64,000 bases of DNA from an uncultured Ruminococcus sp. GTDB lineage: Bacteria > Bacillota > Clostridia > Oscillospirales > Acutalibacteraceae. Of the stretch, positions 58,508 through 64,000 are shown piece after piece. A program made the position numbers and the translations under genes. The number at the start of each line of letters is the position of its first letter. Position 1 is the first letter of the stretch. The notes beneath the pieces were generated by a model. That model saw nothing but the letters and a program-made list of their open reading frames with translations, was not told where the DNA came from and did no database searches. Where the stretch lies: positions 2,547-66,546 of the forward strand of contig CACZWQ010000002.1 in the NCBI GenBank assembly GCA_902784855.1. Direction: 5' to 3'.

Positions 58508-59383
58508 ATGAAAGGAATATTCAAAAAAGCCGCAGCGGTGCTGCTGGCGGTTGTGCTGGTGTGCAGCCTCGCGGCGGTCATTCCCGCGTCGGCGGCGGAA
58601 AAGCCCTTTGTGCTGCATGTGAAATCCAACCTGTTTCCCGATCGGGATTTCACCTATTCCAACCTGTCGTGCTTAGCGGACGACAACGGCGATGTGTTCC
58701 TCACGGTCGATTTTGACATGCTCGCGGCACAGCAGTATCTGATCAATCTGGACATCGGTTCCCTGACATGGGACACCGACGTGCTCGAATTCAAGCAGGC
58801 GTACAACACATACGGCACGGGCAGAAACGCGCGCTTTGTGCTGTTCCCGTTTGCGTATGAGCAGGGGCTCGGCACCGGCATCGTCAACACCTTCGGCGAC
58901 AACAACGGCGGCAGGCTCGTCGGCAACTACACAAGCGTCAGTCCTGCGGCGTATGCCTATGAGGAGGACGGCTCGGCGGTCACGGTCGTGCGCGCCACCT
59001 TCAAGGTGATCGACAGCGCGGCAGCTTCGGCTGAGATCGAGCTGACCATGCGCGAGATGTCCCTCTGCGATGACGACGTCGAGGAGCCGTATTCCCAGAG
59101 AAAGCCCGTCGAGCATGGTGAGATGCAGCCGGATGTCTGCGCGCAGCTGACTCTTTCCACCGGCATTACCCCCATCAATGCGGGCGATGTGGACGGCGAC
59201 GGCAAGGTCACCATCAACGACGCGACTGCTTTGCAGGGCTTCCTTGCGGAGATGAACAGCAATATCGACTGGACAGACCCCAAGGTATTGGCACAGGCGG
59301 ATGCGAACCACGACGGCAGAGTCGACGTCAGGGACGTCACCGAGATCCAGCGCTATCTCGCAAACATCACCACAAATCTCTAA
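58508..59383 (+). CDS. Secreted cohesin-like + dockerin protein, paralog of 1129-2001
   Basis: Signal peptide; shared motifs KSN.F, LIN.D...LT.D..VLE, GRN...FPFA.E, SV.PAAYAY, A.FKV; dockerin GDVDGDGKVTINDAT...DANHDGRVDVRDVT. Confidence 0.75.
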   Translation: MKGIFKKAAAVLLAVVLVCSLAAVIPASAAEKPFVLHVKSNLFPDRDFTYSNLSCLADDNGDVFLTVDFDMLAAQQYLINLDIGSLTWDTDVLEFKQAYNTYGTGRNARFVLFPFAYEQGLGTGIVNTFGDNNGGRLVGNYTSVSPAAYAYEEDGSAVTVVRATFKVIDSAAASAEIELTMREMSLCDDDVEEPYSQRKPVEHGEMQPDVCAQLTLSTGITPINAGDVDGDGKVTINDATALQGFLAEMNSNIDWTDPKVLAQADANHDGRVDVRDVTEIQRYLANITTNL

Positions 59384-59564
59384 CCGGTGCCCCGGTGGGT
59401 AATCCGCGCCCGTTGCCACGGGAGGGCAATCCGCGCGTGCAACGTTTGTAAAATAGGTTAGAACAATAGCCCGCGTTCGAACGCGGCAGCGTGACGCTGC
59501 ACCCAGTCCGCGCAACAGATGTTTGTAATAAAGGTAAAATAATAGCCCGCGCTATAACGCGGGC
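59383..59564. repeat. Modular palindromic repeat cluster, locus D
   Basis: TAATCCGCG (59400), CAATCCGCG (59427) and CAGTCCGCG (59504), each after a different hairpin; CCCGCG-N6-CGCGG hairpins at 59470 and 59546. Confidence 0.9.
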
Positions 59565-59591
59565 ATTATTTTTACCGAATAATCAAACTTT

Positions 59592-60140
59592 TCACTCGCG
59601 GATTGGGTCGAGCGTCACGCTCGCGCGGGTGGAGATGGTGATGAGGCTCATGCCCTCCGGCTGCGCGGGCAGGCGTTCCATGATACGCAGCAGCAGCAGC
59701 TCCGCCCAGCTGCGGGCATTTTCCGCCTTGAGCAGATCGATGCGGATCTCCTCCTCCCGAAGCAGCGCGGCGGCGTTGCCGGTGCACAGCAGGAACGCGT
59801 CGCCCTGTATGATATCCGACTCGCGGCGCTGCGACAGGGGCAGCGCTTCGCCGTTCCGGAAACGAAGGAGCTTCATATCTCCGATGCAGCGCCAAGCGGC
59901 TTTTTTGCCCGCCAGCGCCAGTGCGGCGATCGATTTTTCCCCGATCATTTGGGAAAACAGCGTGTCAAAGCGGTCGGCGAGTGTGCCGCCCGCATTATCC
60001 CAGCGGGCGGTCAGGGTCTCGGCAATACAATCGCAGTCCTCGTCGCGGACGACGAGCAGCAGGTCGCTGTCATCCTCCGCGCGGGTGCCGACGGCGCTTT
60101 TGCCGTCGCGGTGTGTAAAGGAAAATACGTCGGGTATCAT
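59592..60140 (-). CDS. Degenerate PP2C/PPM-fold protein (probable pseudophosphatase)
   Basis: CIGDMKL.RFRNGE and GDAFLLCTG echo PPM motifs, but the DG and DN metal ligands are absent. Confidence 0.55.
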   Translation of the reverse strand: MIPDVFSFTHRDGKSAVGTRAEDDSDLLLVVRDEDCDCIAETLTARWDNAGGTLADRFDTLFSQMIGEKSIAALALAGKKAAWRCIGDMKLLRFRNGEALPLSQRRESDIIQGDAFLLCTGNAAALLREEEIRIDLLKAENARSWAELLLLRIMERLPAQPEGMSLITISTRASVTLDPIRE

Positions 60141-60143
60141 CCG

Positions 60144-61574
60144 TTACGGCTCCAGCTCCAAGCGCAGGATGTTCGCTTGGTCGCCGACCGTCACGGCGTC
60201 GCCCGGGCGCAGGGTAACGGGCGTATTCGGTGTAAGCTTCTGACCGTTGCCCGTAAAGGTGCCGAAGGTGGAGCCGAGGTCGGTCACGGTAAAGGTCTTG
60301 GTGTCGGAGTCAAAGCTGATTGAGCAATGCTTGCCGCTGACGCCGGGCGTGCCGGGCTGATAGACGATGACGCACTCGGCGGCGTTGCGTCCCACGGTGA
60401 CGGGCGCTCTGCCGACGGGGAAGGTCTGACCGTTGTGCTGTGATGCCTCGGAGCGGATGACCGCCTTGACCGACGGCGTTGAGGGCGCCATCGTAGCGCC
60501 GTAGTCGCCGATGCCGACGTTGCCGGGAGCCGGTACGGCGGGAGCGGGGGCAGGAGCGGAAGCTGCTGCGGGAGCGCCCTTCTTCTTTTTGAGGATGAGA
60601 AGCACGACCACCGCCGCACCGCCGAGCAGCAGCACGCCGCACGCGATCAGGACGATGAGCAGGATGGTGCCGAAGCCGCTGTTAGCTGCGTCCATGTAGG
60701 GGATATTGTTTTTATCGAGGAAGCTTATCAGCTCGCTGGAGCTGATCGCGTAATAGTCCGCTTCGACCTGACCCTCATAGGGGCTCTTGGACTCGACGTT
60801 GGTGTTGACGCCGAGAACGCCGCCCTCTTCGTTGACCAAGGGACCGCCCGAGTTGCCGTGCTGGATGGTCGCGTCGATGGCGATACGGTCGACGCCCTTG
60901 CCCTCGTTGACGACGAACTTGTTGATGACGCCCTTGTGAACGGTGGCATCCTCAACGCCGTACTTGCTGGCGGAGGTGAACTGGTTGTCGGCGTTGCCGG
61001 GGAAGCCGATGGTGTAGACGGTCGAGCCGACCATGCTTTCATCGGGCTTTTGCAGCTTGAGCGCATGGCGCTTGGTGGTGGGGTTTTTGAGCTTGAGCAC
61101 CGCGAGGTCGACCTTGTTGACGTCGCCGTAGCTGTCGACATAGGCGATATCATAGTCGTCCTTGGAGTAGTAGACGCGCAGCTCGCAGGTCGGCGCGCCG
61201 ATGAGGATGGGATAGGTGTCTTGGTAGAGCTGACCTGTGTTATAGAGGAAGGTCTCGCCCTCGTTCGCCTTGACATAGGAGTCAATGACATGGCAGTTGG
61301 TGACGATGTAGGTGGGAGCATCCTCCTTGTCGCCGATGAAGAAGCCGGAGCCGCCCGAGAATTCGGTGTCGCCGACGTGCTTGACCTCCTCAATGTTGGT
61401 GCCGTCGGTGATGTAGATGCCCGCGTTCTTCAGGTAAAAGACGATGGCGATGACGCCCTGCTTGACACTGTTGTCAAAAGCCTTGGTGTTCAGCGTGGAG
61501 ACGGTCAAAACCGCCAGCGCGACCATCAGAACGGACATCGCAGCTGCAGCTGTTCGCTTGAATGTTGCTTTCAT
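60144..61574 (-). CDS. Exported trypsin-like (S1) serine protease - TM - cytoplasmic FHA domain
   Basis: Signal peptide; GSGF, VTNCHV (His), DLAVLK (Asp), HGNSGGP (Ser); TM; Pro/Ala linker; FHA VGRN...GVSGKHC...DLGSTFGT. Confidence 0.88.
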   Translation of the reverse strand: MKATFKRTAAAAMSVLMVALAVLTVSTLNTKAFDNSVKQGVIAIVFYLKNAGIYITDGTNIEEVKHVGDTEFSGGSGFFIGDKEDAPTYIVTNCHVIDSYVKANEGETFLYNTGQLYQDTYPILIGAPTCELRVYYSKDDYDIAYVDSYGDVNKVDLAVLKLKNPTTKRHALKLQKPDESMVGSTVYTIGFPGNADNQFTSASKYGVEDATVHKGVINKFVVNEGKGVDRIAIDATIQHGNSGGPLVNEEGGVLGVNTNVESKSPYEGQVEADYYAISSSELISFLDKNNIPYMDAANSGFGTILLIVLIACGVLLLGGAAVVVLLILKKKKGAPAAASAPAPAPAVPAPGNVGIGDYGATMAPSTPSVKAVIRSEASQHNGQTFPVGRAPVTVGRNAAECVIVYQPGTPGVSGKHCSISFDSDTKTFTVTDLGSTFGTFTGNGQKLTPNTPVTLRPGDAVTVGDQANILRLELEP

Positions 61575-61632
61575 GGTTCATACCTCTCTTTTCTTTGTGT
61601 TAATTATGATAAATAATATCGGTGACAAAGGA

Positions 61633-62466
61633 TCAGGGTGTATCGGCGCACCGCTCGCCCGCAGAATCGGAGGGGAAGCGCACGACCAGCGCCGTGTAGT
61701 TGTCCTGATAGGGCAGGGCAGCTTCCGCGACGCCCTTGGCGATGGCGTCGCACGCCTGCTGCGCCGAGGAAGCTCGCAGCGCCTTTATCAGCGCCTTTTC
61801 GTCGAGCACACCGCCGACGCCGTCGGAGCAAGCCAGGATCACGTCGCCCCGCTGGAGCGGGATCGGCTGCGCCGCGGTATCTGTTACGATCGCGTAGCCT
61901 GCCATGCCGATGAACGAGGTCAGCGCTGCCGATTCCGGATGTCGTCTGCCCGGGATGGGGTCGAGACAGCCGTTGCGGATCGCTTCCAGATATTTCAGAT
62001 GGCACATATTGTGCATGATGTTGAGCCGAATCAGTTGTTCGCCGCGCAGCAAAAACAGGTAGCTGTCGCCGACGCAGGCAAAATACAGCTTCTCTCGAAA
62101 GATCACCCCGAGCACCGCCGTGCTGCCGCCGTTGCCGCCGAGGAGGGAAACCACCTGTTCCGAGGCGGCGCGCAGGCTTTTGACCAGCTGCGCCGGGATG
62201 TTGCCCTCGCAGTCAAGGCTCAAAAAATCCTCGCGCAGACACTGTACTGCCGTATCGGAGGCGAGCTTGCCGTCCGCCATGCCGCCCATCCCGTCGCAGA
62301 CGCAGAACATCATGCCGCGGGCGTCGTACATGCTGCGGTCGAGCGCGTTGACAAAGGCAAAGGAATCCTCCTGCCGCATGCGCTTGCCGATCTCCTGCAA
62401 ATTCGCGATATCAAAGAGCGGCGATTCATCGATGCGGTGTTTCCGCTTTTTCAGGAACCCGAACAT
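61633..62466 (-). CDS. PP2C/PPM Ser/Thr protein phosphatase
   Basis: RQEDS, CDGMGG, VGDS, ACSDG, DNYT motifs all intact. Confidence 0.92.
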   Translation of the reverse strand: MFGFLKKRKHRIDESPLFDIANLQEIGKRMRQEDSFAFVNALDRSMYDARGMMFCVCDGMGGMADGKLASDTAVQCLREDFLSLDCEGNIPAQLVKSLRAASEQVVSLLGGNGGSTAVLGVIFREKLYFACVGDSYLFLLRGEQLIRLNIMHNMCHLKYLEAIRNGCLDPIPGRRHPESAALTSFIGMAGYAIVTDTAAQPIPLQRGDVILACSDGVGGVLDEKALIKALRASSAQQACDAIAKGVAEAALPYQDNYTALVVRFPSDSAGERCADTP

Positions 62467-62469
62467 GCC

Positions 62470-63213
62470 TTATGCGTCCTCCCAGCGGAAGCCTTCGCCG
62501 CACAGGGGGATGTACAGGTAGTCGCAGCCGCCCAGACAGACGACATCGCGCGCACGCAGCTGCACCGGCTCCGAAACGGGCGCGCCGTTCAAGAGCACCT
62601 TGCCCGTGGAGATCGGTTGGAGCAGACAGGCGTTCTCATCCTCGAGGTAGTCCAGCCGCGCCCAGATGGCAAAGCGGTTGTTGTCCTCGTCGACGAGACG
62701 GATATCGGCGCGTTCGCTCTTGCCGATGGTGTTGCGTTTTTGACCGATGCGGAAATCCCTGCCGCGCTGTGCGCCCCTGATGCAGACGAGCCAGCCGACG
62801 AAGTTGCCCTCAAAAACGTCTGCGGGCATGTCCTGCCGAGCCGCTGTGGGCGCTTCCGTGACAGGCGTTTGCTGGACAGGCGCCTCTGTGACAGGCATGT
62901 TCATGGCAGGCGCCTCTGTGACAGGCATGTTCATGGCAGGCGCTTCTGCGGCGCCGTCCGCTGCGGGTGCATAGCCCTGCGGCGCGACCGTGGCGCCGTA
63001 ATCGAGCGAGACGGGAGCGGTATAGCCCTGCGGCGCAACGGTGGCGCCGTAATCGAGCGAAACGGGGGTGGCGGCATAGCCCTGCGGCGCGACGGTGGCG
63101 CCGTAGTCCAGCCCGCCGAAGGGTGCGCTGTTTGCGACCTTGCGGCAGTAGGGGCACTGCGGGTAGATGTCCGTGTCATAAATATGACCTTTTCCGCATT
63201 CCTGTAAAGCCAT
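62470..63213 (-). CDS. Zn-finger - repeat linker - FHA domain protein
   Basis: C..GH...CPYC N-terminus; LDYGATVAPQGY x3; APAMNMPVTE repeats; FHA GWLVCI.G...G.DF...IGKS; ATG 63213 with AGGAG. Confidence 0.85.
   Translation of the reverse strand: MALQECGKGHIYDTDIYPQCPYCRKVANSAPFGGLDYGATVAPQGYAATPVSLDYGATVAPQGYTAPVSLDYGATVAPQGYAPAADGAAEAPAMNMPVTEAPAMNMPVTEAPVQQTPVTEAPTAARQDMPADVFEGNFVGWLVCIRGAQRGRDFRIGQKRNTIGKSERADIRLVDEDNNRFAIWARLDYLEDENACLLQPISTGKVLLNGAPVSEPVQLRARDVVCLGGCDYLYIPLCGEGFRWEDA
62851..62940 (-). repeat. 30-bp coding tandem repeat (APAMNMPVTE)
   Basis: Two exact copies at 62881-62940 plus a diverged copy at 62851-62880. Confidence 0.9.
62971..63111 (-). repeat. Three coding copies of LDYGATVAPQGY
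   Basis: 36-nt copies at 62971-63006, 63022-63057 and 63076-63111. Confidence 0.9.
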
Positions 63214-63301
63214 AAGCACAATCTCCTTTTCTCTTTTGACCTTATTTTAGCATTTTCTTCCACAAAAAGCAACCATTCAGCGCAAAATTCTAGAGAAACT
63301 A

Positions 63302-63618
63302 CTGCTGTAGCAGCAATCCGCGCGTGAGAGGTTGGTAAGGACGACAAAATTCAAGCCCGCGTTCGGGTGCGGGATATAACAATGGCGCAGCCAATTCATG
63401 CCGCAGGTAATTCATGGCGCAGCCATTTCATGCCCGAAGGGCAATTCATTCGGCGTTTGTAATAAAGGCAAAAATTATAGCCCACGTTATAACGCGGGCT
63501 ATAAAGGTTATTGCTATATTTAACTTTTCACGCGCGGATCGGCTCCCGCGACACGCGGGCGCGGGCTATAGTGGTGATTGCTTTATTAAACGCTTCACTC
63601 GCGGACTGCTGCTACAGC
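63302..63618. repeat. Modular palindromic repeat cluster, locus E, bounded by 24-bp terminal inverted repeats
   Basis: 63304-63327 and 63595-63618 are inverted at 22/24; core motifs at 63314, 63533 and 63600; hairpins at 63356, 63481 and 63545; internal AATTCAT repeats. Confidence 0.9.
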
Positions 63619-64000
63619 CGTAGAGTAGGCGTGGAAAAAGACTCTGGCTTTGTCCGGGGTGCCTACGCCGTAGTATTGGCATTCGTTCTCGGCGGTCTCG
63701 CCCGGCTCGATGACGCCGTTTTCATCGGCGCAGGTTTCCTCGCTGACGTGGGTCAGCTTGCCGTCGCTGTAGAACAGCGCAAGGTACTTGTTGTTCATCG
63801 AAACGCGCTCTCCCTTGTTCTCGGCGCTGACCTTGACCGAGGTGGGGGTCAGGCTGAAATCGACCGCGATATCCTTGTCGATGGGCTGGAAGTCCTCGAC
63901 CGGGACGAACTCCTCGATCTTGTACTCAAACGAGGAATACTGCCCGTTGCTGGTGAAATCGAGATAGACGGTGGTGCCGTCCTCGACGGCGATGGCGTTG
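63595..64000 (-). CDS. Hypothetical exported-type protein, 5' part outside window
   Basis: Frame open from 63999 (NAIAVEDGTTVYLDF...YLALFYSDGKL...IEPGET) to TGA 63595; codon usage like neighbouring genes. Confidence 0.7.
   Translation of the reverse strand, partial: NAIAVEDGTTVYLDFTSNGQYSSFEYKIEEFVPVEDFQPIDKDIAVDFSLTPTSVKVSAENKGERVSMNNKYLALFYSDGKLTHVSEETCADENGVIEPGETAENECQYYGVGTPDKARVFFHAYSTAVAAVRE

Noticed and set aside
59383-59564. Integron attC cassette sites
   Set aside because: No RYYYAAC/GTTRRRY core pair, no integrase, and the flanking genes have their own promoters.

Overview
GC-rich Clostridia (Oscillospiraceae/Ruminococcus-like) chromosomal window; the taxon is inferred from the dockerin and cohesin proteins and the gene content. 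Left to right: feoAB under a DtxR-type box; a cohesin-dockerin protein; murT/gatD; a cytoplasmic GH13; a 12-kb lipid cluster (two acyl-adenylating ligases, two carrier domains, two PlsC-like acyltransferases, an LRAT-family protein, FakA/FakB, three membrane-anchored alpha/beta-hydrolases); cobB; malQ-glgP and a 1210-aa dockerin-bearing alpha-amylase; zapA-U32-dut; mreBCD-pbp2-minD-mgsA; FHA-RodA plus PBP; secA broken by an 11-nt insertion; an ORF-less promoter/terminator RNA unit; dockerin-GH25; a c-di-GMP-I riboswitch heading a GH-A/HEAT/GT2/EAL operon and a second EAL gene; a second cohesin-dockerin paralog; and an FHA/PP2C/trypsin-FHA cluster. The most striking unexplained structure is a dispersed modular palindromic repeat family: covarying hairpin + CAATCCGCG + 33-35 nt linker + CCCGCG-N6-CGCGGG hairpin. 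It occurs at five clear loci plus one remnant, sits at transcript 3' ends, and lies next to every dockerin gene. No rRNA, tRNA, CRISPR array or transposase was recognised. All family calls come from motif recognition by eye, without database searches.
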